DNA of 64,000 nucleotides from the IMG/VR virus record IMGVR_UViG_3300024262_000013; one strand, given 5' to 3'. Each line of letters opens with the position of its first letter. Position 1 is the stretch's first letter. Of the stretch, positions 45,871 through 54,577 are shown in pieces. Under the pieces are notes generated by a model. That model worked only from the letters and a program-made list of their open reading frames with translations, was not told the DNA's origin and did not search any database. Origin of the DNA: a virus (lineage: Duplodnaviria > Caudoviricetes). Made by a program: the position numbers and the translations under genes.

Positions 45871-47888
45871 TGAAAAAAGATAAAAAACTATTATCGGAAA
45901 TAGAAAGATTAAATGAACTTATGGGTAATAAGTTGTTATTAAACGAACAAGGTTGGATAGATGATTTAATTTTAGGTCTTACTAAATTAGGTACTAAACA
46001 AACTGATGAATTAGCCATTGCCGCCTCTAAATTATCAGATAACTCATTAACTTCTGTACAACGTGCAACGGCCTTAGAAGATGTTATACGTATTGCCAAA
46101 AAAAATGGTGATGATGCTATAATAAAACAGATAAATCAGTCTTTAATGAGTAGTGAGTTATTTTCACAAGGAATTAATAAATTAGTAAAAGACGCTGAAA
46201 GTCTTATTGAATCAGGTTTATCCAGAAACGCAAGTAAAGAGGATTTATTAACGATGTTACTTGATGATTTTAATCCTGCAACTGGGGATGATGTATTAAA
46301 CGCATTTATAAACAGACAACTTCGTAGAAAATTAAGTACTCAAATTGACGTTATAATTGCAAAAATGGATGGTGTTGTTGATGATGTTGTTGATAATACG
46401 CGTAGAGCTACTGATGATGTTGTTGATGATGTTGTGGATGATGTGGATGATGTTGTGGATGATGTTGTGGATGATGTTGTGGATGATATAGATATTGAGT
46501 CTATTGAAGAATTAGAAAATTTTAAATGGGATGAAATGACTACACTTTCAGATGAGGAAGCATCATTAATCTTAACAAACGCCAATAAAGGAGGTATTAG
46601 AAAGTTTATTGATGATATTCTTTCTATACGTGTTGATAAAATAACTAAACTTAGTCAAAGAATAAAAAAACTATCAAAGGTATATGTCGAAACAACCAAT
46701 TCGACATTAAAGGCTCAGATTGAAGAACGATTAAAAAAAGATTTTTATACTTTAGGTGTGAATAAAAATTCTGCAGCTAAAGAAACTAACTCTTATTTAA
46801 CTGACGTAATAAATAATTTTCAGAGAGACGCGAGAGGAAATATTATTAATCCTAGTGAAAAAAGATTCGTAGAGTATATAGGGGAGATTAAAAAGGATTC
46901 TGGTAATTTTACAGAGATTGTTAAAATGATGAATTTATCTCAAGCAGGTTCAAAAAAAATAAGTATTTTAAGAGATGCGTGGTCTGGCAGTATAATGTCT
47001 AAAAACATTTTACGTAATATAAGGAACATGGGGAAACAAATTAAAAATACCGGAAAAGGTTTTGTTGGTAAAAGTGTGGAACAAGTAAGTAAAGAAACTG
47101 CGGAGTTAATTGGTAAGGATAGAGAAAAACTTTTTAACTGGTTAAAATCGGGCTCCCCAAGAGGTAACCCATTTAAGCCTAAATATGTAAAGAACTATGT
47201 TGATATAATAGAAAGTGGAGGATTAACTGCGGCTAAAAAAGCGTACATGTTAGAATTAGTTTTTAGACTTGTACAATGGAAAATTTCGTTCGCAGCTCTT
47301 TACACTCTAAGGAACTGGTTGTCATACGCTGTAGCAGGTTCCGAAGATAGAAAACTATTTGAAAAATGTCGTGCTAGTGAACCTGAAAATCGAGAAGCTA
47401 ATTGTCTAGGTATTGATACTTGGGTTAAAGAGTGGGGATTTGATTTTGCGGATGGGGCTACGGAAAGTAATAAAAAATGGTTATACAATTTCTTACCAAA
47501 TTTATGGGGAAATGGATTTTCCGATGAGCTTACTGATTGGATTCCTGGTAGATATGATGATGCCGGTGTTTTTATTTGGAAATTCTTTGAGAAATCAGCA
47601 GATAGTGATACTTTAGATGATATAGAAAGAAATATAAATCAGGGTGTAGAAGAATCGATGGAAGAAATTGATAACATAACAACTGAGATAGAGGATGAAC
47701 TTGAAGAGGAAGATATTAACATTCCAACTATACCTATCTCATATCCATCAGGTAGACCTGGCTCTGTAGAACATTTTATAGAGGAGACAGGTGCTGATGG
47801 CGCTACTCTTGTTAATGGTGTTATTATGTATGACGGTGACGGTTATAAATGGGATGATAACGAAAAAGAATACGTTGAAAATGAATAA
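45870..47888 (+). CDS. large putative virion/ejection protein with DDVV repeat linker
   Basis: Leader LLSEIERLNELMG...LNEQ; 672 aa. Confidence 0.6.
   Translation: MKKDKKLLSEIERLNELMGNKLLLNEQGWIDDLILGLTKLGTKQTDELAIAASKLSDNSLTSVQRATALEDVIRIAKKNGDDAIIKQINQSLMSSELFSQGINKLVKDAESLIESGLSRNASKEDLLTMLLDDFNPATGDDVLNAFINRQLRRKLSTQIDVIIAKMDGVVDDVVDNTRRATDDVVDDVVDDVDDVVDDVVDDVVDDIDIESIEELENFKWDEMTTLSDEEASLILTNANKGGIRKFIDDILSIRVDKITKLSQRIKKLSKVYVETTNSTLKAQIEERLKKDFYTLGVNKNSAAKETNSYLTDVINNFQRDARGNIINPSEKRFVEYIGEIKKDSGNFTEIVKMMNLSQAGSKKISILRDAWSGSIMSKNILRNIRNMGKQIKNTGKGFVGKSVEQVSKETAELIGKDREKLFNWLKSGSPRGNPFKPKYVKNYVDIIESGGLTAAKKAYMLELVFRLVQWKISFAALYTLRNWLSYAVAGSEDRKLFEKCRASEPENREANCLGIDTWVKEWGFDFADGATESNKKWLYNFLPNLWGNGFSDELTDWIPGRYDDAGVFIWKFFEKSADSDTLDDIERNINQGVEESMEEIDNITTEIEDELEEEDINIPTIPISYPSGRPGSVEHFIEETGADGATLVNGVIMYDGDGYKWDDNEKEYVENE
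46368..46489 (+). repeat. imperfect 12-bp GATGATGTTGT(G/T) repeats encoding DDVV
   Basis: Seen directly. Confidence 0.85.
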
Positions 47889-47909
47889 ATATATAATAAA
47901 AAATATAAC

Positions 47910-48980
47910 ATGAGTTTAGGAAAATTTTGTAGTGTGTGTAAAACAGGTAGTAAGGAGTATAAAAAACCTGTTTGTAAAAATAAGGTAAATGACGGAACCG
48001 CCGAATGCACTAAATTTGATTTAGATAAAGTAGCGGCTGACATACCTGAAATTAAAGGTAAAGATGGTGGAGTTGAAGATAAACTTACGATTACTAAAAA
48101 AATGTTAACTACTAAAGACGGTAAAATATATTTTCACGGTGAAGATAAAGAAACCGAAGGTTTGAAAGTGGACTTCGAACTGAAAAAAGAGAATGATGTT
48201 TGGAGCCTTTTGGACCCTAAAAAAGTCGGTGGTGAAGGGTGGATACCTTTTTCAGATTATTTAACAACGTCATTATACGAACAAACATTAAAAGAACAAA
48301 AAGAAATGAAATCAATATCAGACAAAATAGAAGAAAAATTAAGAGACATATATTTTTATACTGTTTCAGAAAAAGGTAAAGAACGAGTAACGTTTGATTT
48401 AGAGGATAAAAGAAATATCGAACAACACTTAAAAGATTTATATAACCAAAACATCGTAGGTGATAGAGGTTTTATAATGGCAGTCGTAAGAGCCAAAGGT
48501 TCAGATAAGGAAGATGGTCAACTAATTAAATTAGGTTCATTTCCAAAAGACTCTAATATTGATTTAGGATTTGAAGAAAAAGGTTTAGGTTCATTGGTCG
48601 GTACTCAATACTTCTCAATTAAAAATAATGATGGACCTGACGATAGAGATTTCGAGATTGTTAGGGGAGACATTAACAAAGACATTGAATTTAAAAAAGA
48701 AGTTGGGGTTGAAGAACCTAAAGAACCTATGAGTCAACCTGTTAAGGAAGAGCCGTATGAAGAGGTTATGAAACAAAGAGAACTTAAAGGTTTAGCATCT
48801 TTAGTTAATTCTGATGAGGTTGGTAATAATTTTACAAAAAAACAAAGAGAAATATTAGAAAAACTTAAAGGTCAAGGATACTTATTTAAGAGACCTGTTG
48901 AAGACACTAACTATAAACAAACAAAAGTTAATAGTTCTGAATTTACAGAATCATTTAATGTTTGGAAAAAACAAAATTAA
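47910..48980 (+). CDS. hypothetical protein (356 aa)
   Basis: ORF track. Confidence 0.75.
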   Translation: MSLGKFCSVCKTGSKEYKKPVCKNKVNDGTAECTKFDLDKVAADIPEIKGKDGGVEDKLTITKKMLTTKDGKIYFHGEDKETEGLKVDFELKKENDVWSLLDPKKVGGEGWIPFSDYLTTSLYEQTLKEQKEMKSISDKIEEKLRDIYFYTVSEKGKERVTFDLEDKRNIEQHLKDLYNQNIVGDRGFIMAVVRAKGSDKEDGQLIKLGSFPKDSNIDLGFEEKGLGSLVGTQYFSIKNNDGPDDRDFEIVRGDINKDIEFKKEVGVEEPKEPMSQPVKEEPYEEVMKQRELKGLASLVNSDEVGNNFTKKQREILEKLKGQGYLFKRPVEDTNYKQTKVNSSEFTESFNVWKKQN

Positions 48981-48984
48981 TAAA

Positions 48985-49590
48985 ATGGGTATAAAAGATT
49001 CAATAAGAAAAAACATTCAAATCTTACAAGAAGAGAAAAAGGTAACGTTAACTGAAGAGAAAATAGTTAAAGGTAGATTTTCTATGGTACCTAAAAATAT
49101 AAATAAACACTCCACAATACAAAATAATAAAACGTTTAATGTACTGTTTAATGAAATCAGAGTCTTAAAGTCTCGTGGTATTAATCAGAAATTAATTAAT
49201 GAAAATTTAGTTCAAGTATTAAGTCAAATGTTTGATGAGGAAGGTCCTCGTTTTCTTGACGTAGTTAAGGAAAAATTAGCTCAATACTTAAAAAGTAAGT
49301 TACAACTTACAGATATAGAACAAGAGATTTTAGTTAGTGCTATTGGTAACACTGAAATGGATGAGGTATCTGAATTATTTAATGACCCAAGATTTTTGGC
49401 TCAGAAAATATCTCAGGCATACTCTGAAGATATGGGTGGTAAATATTCAATGGTGAATATGGACAATTCCCAAGAGATGGTTAAGAAACTTGAGGATACA
49501 TTTGTCGATAAGTTAAAGCCTGTAATAGGGGACGTTAATTCTAAGATGGAATTAAAGTTGAAGGACATTAGAGATAATATGCTTTCATAA
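48985..49590 (+). CDS. hypothetical protein (201 aa)
   Basis: Start moved to MGIKDSIRK. Confidence 0.7.
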   Translation: MGIKDSIRKNIQILQEEKKVTLTEEKIVKGRFSMVPKNINKHSTIQNNKTFNVLFNEIRVLKSRGINQKLINENLVQVLSQMFDEEGPRFLDVVKEKLAQYLKSKLQLTDIEQEILVSAIGNTEMDEVSELFNDPRFLAQKISQAYSEDMGGKYSMVNMDNSQEMVKKLEDTFVDKLKPVIGDVNSKMELKLKDIRDNMLS

Positions 49591-49626
49591 ACTTTTTAAG
49601 AAAAAAGGGGGTTAAAACAATCTATT

Positions 49627-49656
49627 AAAAGGTATCGGAAACGATACCTTTTTTTT
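49627..49656 (+). terminator. intrinsic terminator
   Basis: AAAGGTATCG-GAAA-CGATACCTTT followed by a T-run. Confidence 0.9.
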
Positions 49657-49806
49657 ATATAAATCAGTTTATAATTTGGTGGTTAAGAATTTTATATGTA
49701 TTTTTGTGATGGTGCTTTAAATTTTATAGGTATAATGTTTTATTTTATTAGATACAATACTTGAATTTATCCATAAGTAACATATTTTATAATAAAAAGT
49801 ACTTTT

Positions 49807-50556
49807 ATGAAATTAGACCAAGTATATGTAATTTCTTTGGACCATAGTGAGGAATACTTAAAAGACATATTCGATAGATTAGGTAAAATCCCATTACCAT
49901 ATGATACCCCGGTATTTATTATTGATGCTTTTTTAGGAACCCGTCTAAAAACTGAAACCGACTTAGGTTATGGGTTGTACCATAATTGGGATATTTCTGA
50001 TTTAAAACCTAATTGGCATTGGTGGGAAAGACCCACAACCTATGGTGAAGCCGGTGGTATGATTTCACATACTCTGTGTTGGGAAGATGCATATTCTAAT
50101 GGATATGAAAATATAATGATATTAGAGGATGACTTTGATACTGACGGTACATTAGATTGGAAAATTTTTGATGAGTTAAAAGGTTATCAGTGGGATTTAT
50201 GTTTATTATCTCATAACCAAGTACACCATAATTTTAATAATTTACCCCAACCGTCTGAAATAGGTAAAGAACATTTTATTAAACCATCTTATTTCTATAA
50301 CAGCCACACCTATTTATTACAAAAAGAAGGTATTAGGAAGTTAATAGAGGACCACTTACCTACCCTAAAAGACAATGTAATCGTTTCTGACGAGTTTTTA
50401 TCAGCCGTGGTGACCACACACCCTAGAAAAGATTTAAGAGAGATGTACGTGTCTAATTTGAACGCCATAGCAACTAAAGAAGACTATACATATCAAACTC
50501 GTTATATGAGTGCTGGTAATTCTTTAACTGAACCTACTGAGGACGATAAGAAATAA
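49807..50556 (+). CDS. GT25 family glycosyltransferase
   Basis: VYVISLD, GGMISHTLCW, ILEDD, HTYLL. Confidence 0.85.
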   Translation: MKLDQVYVISLDHSEEYLKDIFDRLGKIPLPYDTPVFIIDAFLGTRLKTETDLGYGLYHNWDISDLKPNWHWWERPTTYGEAGGMISHTLCWEDAYSNGYENIMILEDDFDTDGTLDWKIFDELKGYQWDLCLLSHNQVHHNFNNLPQPSEIGKEHFIKPSYFYNSHTYLLQKEGIRKLIEDHLPTLKDNVIVSDEFLSAVVTTHPRKDLREMYVSNLNAIATKEDYTYQTRYMSAGNSLTEPTEDDKK

Positions 50557-50584
50557 AAAAGGGGGTCGTTTGACCCCCACTTTC
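50556..50584. terminator. bidirectional terminator
   Basis: AAAAA-GGGGGTC-GTTT-GACCCCC. Confidence 0.8.
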
Positions 50585-50587
50585 TTT

Positions 50588-51337
50588 TTACCATTTCATC
50601 ATAATCCCTGCGGTACCTTTCCACTCGATGATTGCTCTTTTTGGAATCCAAAACTCAAACTCACCTATTTCATCGATTTTATTTGACATATCCTCTTTGA
50701 ACTTCGCAACATCATTTGAGTTCTTTGGGTGTTTAATACCTACGTGTCCCGCACAAACTGGTCCGATACCTGTAACTTGTGACATCTCATCAGTAAGTGT
50801 TCTACCACAACAACGACAGATACCTGCGTTATCCTTAGTAAGTTTTGCTTTCAATTTGAAGGCTTTGTTTGAGATAACCATTACCTCGGTAACATCAACT
50901 AAGATTGGGTGAAAATCCATGTCGTAATTTTCTTTGATACTTAAAGCAATTTTACGTCCAAGTTTGATAGTGTTCCCAACCAATTTAATATTCAACTCTT
51001 TTTGTGAGTCTTTTTGAGTCTCACGGTCAATTGCTCTGTAACCAGCAGAAACTTGCTTTTCAGTTAACTTACGGTATTTCTTGTACTTAACTTTCAAATC
51101 ATTAACGAAGTTAGACTCGCCAGTGTACTCAACAATCGCTCTTAACTCAACAGGTAACTCTTCAACTTTTACCTCTACTTGACGTACCTCTTGCATGATT
51201 AACTTCTCAGCAACTGCATACTGTTTTGGTGTTAGTTGACCCCACTTCATAAGTGATGGTTGTAGTTTTTTGATAAAAGAGTTAACTCCTTCATACTGTC
51301 TTACTTTTTCTTCGATGTTGATTCCTGTTACTGTCAT
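50588..51337 (-). CDS. early protein with C-terminal DUF6011-like zinc site
   Basis: CRCCGRTLTD...GIGPVCA; TATATTTG upstream at about 51377. Confidence 0.7.
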   Translation of the reverse strand: MTVTGINIEEKVRQYEGVNSFIKKLQPSLMKWGQLTPKQYAVAEKLIMQEVRQVEVKVEELPVELRAIVEYTGESNFVNDLKVKYKKYRKLTEKQVSAGYRAIDRETQKDSQKELNIKLVGNTIKLGRKIALSIKENYDMDFHPILVDVTEVMVISNKAFKLKAKLTKDNAGICRCCGRTLTDEMSQVTGIGPVCAGHVGIKHPKNSNDVAKFKEDMSNKIDEIGEFEFWIPKRAIIEWKGTAGIMMKW

Positions 51338-51429
51338 GATTTTATATTTTAGTGGTTTATGTTGTGATTAACAATACAAATATACGATAATATATTCATC
51401 CACCAAAATAAAACTTGACAAATCCGAAT

Positions 51430-51879
51430 TTATTTTTCAGACACACTATTCATGACAAATGCTTTGTCTGCCCAAGACTTAGCATTTACCATACTATACT
51501 GTGACTGACTGTATAAGTTAGTTTTATCCCATAGAGAGTTAATGGTGGCAACATCGACAGTTAATAGAATCTTCTCATCAATAATCTTTACCTTATTCCC
51601 TTGTTTAGCGAACACTGTTAACCAATGGTTACCATCAGTTGGGTAGAACTGAATAGTCTGTAAAGAACCTTTTTTATAAAGGCTAAGCATATCCGATGGG
51701 TTCTCAAAATAACGTTCATTCGTGGTATCATACATCACATCATTACAGCTCATCCATCCAGATGTACATTTGGCAATAAATCTAAATTTACCTCCTTTAA
51801 ATTGTGATAGAATATCAATAGGGGTAATATTTGTTGTATTGATAATGTCGATATTTGGTGTTGATGTAGATATTGTCAT
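51430..51879 (-). CDS. hypothetical early protein (149 aa)
   Basis: ORF track; TATCTTTG upstream. Confidence 0.7.
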   Translation of the reverse strand: MTISTSTPNIDIINTTNITPIDILSQFKGGKFRFIAKCTSGWMSCNDVMYDTTNERYFENPSDMLSLYKKGSLQTIQFYPTDGNHWLTVFAKQGNKVKIIDEKILLTVDVATINSLWDKTNLYSQSQYSMVNAKSWADKAFVMNSVSEK

Positions 51880-51972
51880 GTGATATATATTTTTTAATGA
51901 ATAACAAAGATACTACTTTTTATAACATGGCAAAAAAAATACCAACTAAAATTAATTTAATTGGTATTCTAA

Positions 51973-51994
51973 TGGTGGAGGCGGAGGGATTCGA
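51973..51994 (-). other. isolated tmRNA/tRNA-like 3' fragment TCGAATCCCTCCGCCTCCACCA
   Basis: Close match to the tmRNA 3' end (TCGAATCCCGCCGCCTCCA) but with CCA; no matching 5' half. Confidence 0.65.
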
Positions 51995-52151
51995 GTGATG
52001 ATTATAAATTACTTGACGATGGTATCGGTGGTTATAGTTGGTTGAACATATAGAATTTATAAAAGCACCATTACAAATATAGTTTTTTATATTTAAACCA
52101 CAAAATAAATTAATGGAAATTTGTCGAATGATTTATGAGAATTATCCTTTT

Positions 52152-52229
52152 TGGGGTGGAAGATGGGACTCGAACCCACGACCCTCGGTACCACAAACCG
52201 ATGTTCTAACCATCTGAACTACAACCACC
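52152..52229 (-). tRNA. tRNA-His (GUG), G-1 and CCA encoded
   Basis: TCGGT-TT-GTG-GT-ACCGA; G-1:C73; two U:U mismatches in the acceptor stem. Confidence 0.85.
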
Positions 52230-52276
52230 ATTATAAAAAAATTAAACCCCACCGATTGGAGGGGTTTAAATAGTTG

Positions 52277-52663
52277 TGGAGGCGGCGGGATTCGAACCCG
52301 CGTCTTGTTCAGTCCACCCATAAAGGACTACACGTTTAGGACAACATTAATTCACAATGTTCCGTAATATTTAGTTCAATTTTTACATCCTCCACTAACA
52401 ATAGATGTACGATTCAATTTAGGGTTTAATCGTTTTTCCACCACAACAACGGACTTCTGTTCATAGGTATATGTCCTGACCGACCCGATTCACTGTTTAC
52501 GTATTACGCTACAGCTACTTGTGCAGTTCTAAGTAAACCTAGAGCTGACATTTTGTTTAGTACGTTGCCGTCTAAAAAAGTTCCATCATAGATTTAAGTC
52601 ATAGATGAAGTTTGACTACGTGCCCCGTATAACTGACCCTGCCAATCAATTCCATTCGCCCCC
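52277..52663 (-). ncRNA. ssrA: tmRNA; tag GNVLNKMSALGLLRTAQVAVA (52569-52504)
   Basis: GGGGGCG/CGCCTCC acceptor with G3.U70; GGTTCGAATCCC T-arm; resume context TTAGAC-GGC-AAC; promoter at 52701-52694. Confidence 0.92.
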
Positions 52664-52749
52664 ATATTTTCAAAGAACATTTACTTCTGAGTACAAATAT
52701 AAATACTTTTTTTCTAATAAGAAACTATTTATAGTAAAAATATTATAAA

Positions 52750-53982
52750 ATGTCTAAGAAAATTATAAAGTTAACCGAAGGTGATATTGAAAATATCGTA
52801 AAAAAAGTAATTGAAGAACAAAAAAGAGGCGACTTGGGTTACAACAAAAAGAAAAGAAGTAAGAAAGATAAGACAGACCGTAATTCCCCAAATTGGAAAG
52901 GAAGAGATTTGGGAGAACTTAACTTTGAGGTTTTAAATGGACTAATCCCAATAGCGGTTAACGTCACTGAATATAATTTTGATGTCAGATATACCTCATC
53001 TTTATCTAAAGTTGGTAGGTCAATGTCTGTAGTTGAAACACCACCCAAAAAAATTGTTACAATACCAACATATAACGTAAAAGGAAGTAGTCTTCCATAT
53101 GCAGACAATATGGTTATGCCTTACTTTGATAAGTACCCTAACTCTAAACAACAATTTACAAAAATTGTTGAGTCATTTAAAGAATATATTAATGCGGGTG
53201 GAGGCGATAAGCTAACTAATGTTACTATTAAGGGTAGTGCCGATTCAGGTACACCAACATTAAAAGTACCAAGTGGGTATTCTAAATTAGACCATCCAAG
53301 TTCTACCCCATATGGTGGTAAGACAGAACCTAAAGAGATGAATCAATATTTAGCGGACATGAGAGCTAAACAATATGCTCAGTCACTTATTCGTGAGATT
53401 AAAGAGTCTACGGGGTTTGATTTAAATATAAAGGTTTTAAAAGGTGATAATTTCTTTGGTCAAGGAGAAAGTAAAAGAGGTGAAGAATTTAGAAAAATTA
53501 TTTTATCTCCGAATGCTAGTACACATGAGGTAAAAAATACGAAAGAAACACCTGGTACCGTAACAAACCCTAAAATTCAAAAAGGTGGTGGTACCCCTTA
53601 TATTGTTACAATTAATATGGAAGGTAAATCTTTGGAAACTAACGAAACCACCTTAGGATATAGAGTCCTCGATAGTTACGGAAATATACGATTAGGTATT
53701 AGTCGTGAACTAACTGAAAAATTAGATTTACCTATATTTGACGGCAAAGTAAGTTCAGAAGTAAAAGGTCAAGATTTTTATGTTAATGGGAAATTAGTTG
53801 GTAAAATAAAAACTATGAACGAACGTCCTGTTAATTTTAATAATATGTTTGATAAGAGTACTGGTAAACCAAGATATTTCGCCGGACCAATAAGTACGGT
53901 TAAGGCTTATAGAACACATGAAATTAATGGTGAAGATGTAACAATATCTTATTTACAAGACGCTTACTTCTTATTCTTTTAA
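52750..53982 (+). CDS. putative virion protein with KKIIKLTE leader and OmpA-like domain
   Basis: VTIKGSADS...NQYLADMRA...EFRKII; paralog-like to 2547. Confidence 0.6.
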   Translation: MSKKIIKLTEGDIENIVKKVIEEQKRGDLGYNKKKRSKKDKTDRNSPNWKGRDLGELNFEVLNGLIPIAVNVTEYNFDVRYTSSLSKVGRSMSVVETPPKKIVTIPTYNVKGSSLPYADNMVMPYFDKYPNSKQQFTKIVESFKEYINAGGGDKLTNVTIKGSADSGTPTLKVPSGYSKLDHPSSTPYGGKTEPKEMNQYLADMRAKQYAQSLIREIKESTGFDLNIKVLKGDNFFGQGESKRGEEFRKIILSPNASTHEVKNTKETPGTVTNPKIQKGGGTPYIVTINMEGKSLETNETTLGYRVLDSYGNIRLGISRELTEKLDLPIFDGKVSSEVKGQDFYVNGKLVGKIKTMNERPVNFNNMFDKSTGKPRYFAGPISTVKAYRTHEINGEDVTISYLQDAYFLFF

Positions 53983-54512
53983 TTACTATAATTTGGACGT
54001 GGAAACATTTGGATAACAATGATTGCGTTTAGTTTCTCATTGTAAACGACACAACACCCATAGTATCTTGGTAAGATAGTACCACTATTAAAGTAGTCAC
54101 CATTTTCCGTTAAAACATTCATTTTATGGTATTTTGAATTCATAAAATTATTATGAGCTTGAATTGCAATTTCTAAATCTGTGTCAGTTGAGTCGTAGGT
54201 AAATGCCGTTACATTTTCTGATGATATGTCATATTTTGAATTACTTGCGATTTTAATTCTATCGGATGCGGTTTTATATTTTGGGTTAGGGTTAGTATGG
54301 GATACTTGTTTGTAACTTCTTATTGTACTTAAGTAGTCGGCTTGTATTTTAGCTCCATTATTTATTAATGTGTCAGTTACAAAAGTACTTAAACCTCCGT
54401 CACTCCTCTCTTCATTCACTAAATTTAGTAAATGTCTTTGTATTTCACCTAAGTTTTGTGAATAACCTACGCTACAAATAAGTGTTAGTAATATTAGTAG
54501 TATCTTTTTCAT
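53979..54512 (-). CDS. secreted CAP/SCP-domain protein
   Basis: Signal peptide ending YSQ; LVNEER, SENV, FMNSKYHKMNVL; TATATTTG at about 54517. Confidence 0.8.
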   Translation of the reverse strand: MKKILLILLTLICSVGYSQNLGEIQRHLLNLVNEERSDGGLSTFVTDTLINNGAKIQADYLSTIRSYKQVSHTNPNPKYKTASDRIKIASNSKYDISSENVTAFTYDSTDTDLEIAIQAHNNFMNSKYHKMNVLTENGDYFNSGTILPRYYGCCVVYNEKLNAIIVIQMFPRPNYSN

Positions 54513-54577
54513 ATAACAAATATAAGCTTTTAAAACCAATTATCCTATTAATATACTATTTATTATAAAAGTTTTAA

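Noticed and set aside
51973-52277. Integrated element or prophage at the tmRNA 3' end
   Set aside because: Only ~280 bp separate the repeats and no integrase is present; kept only as a possible scar
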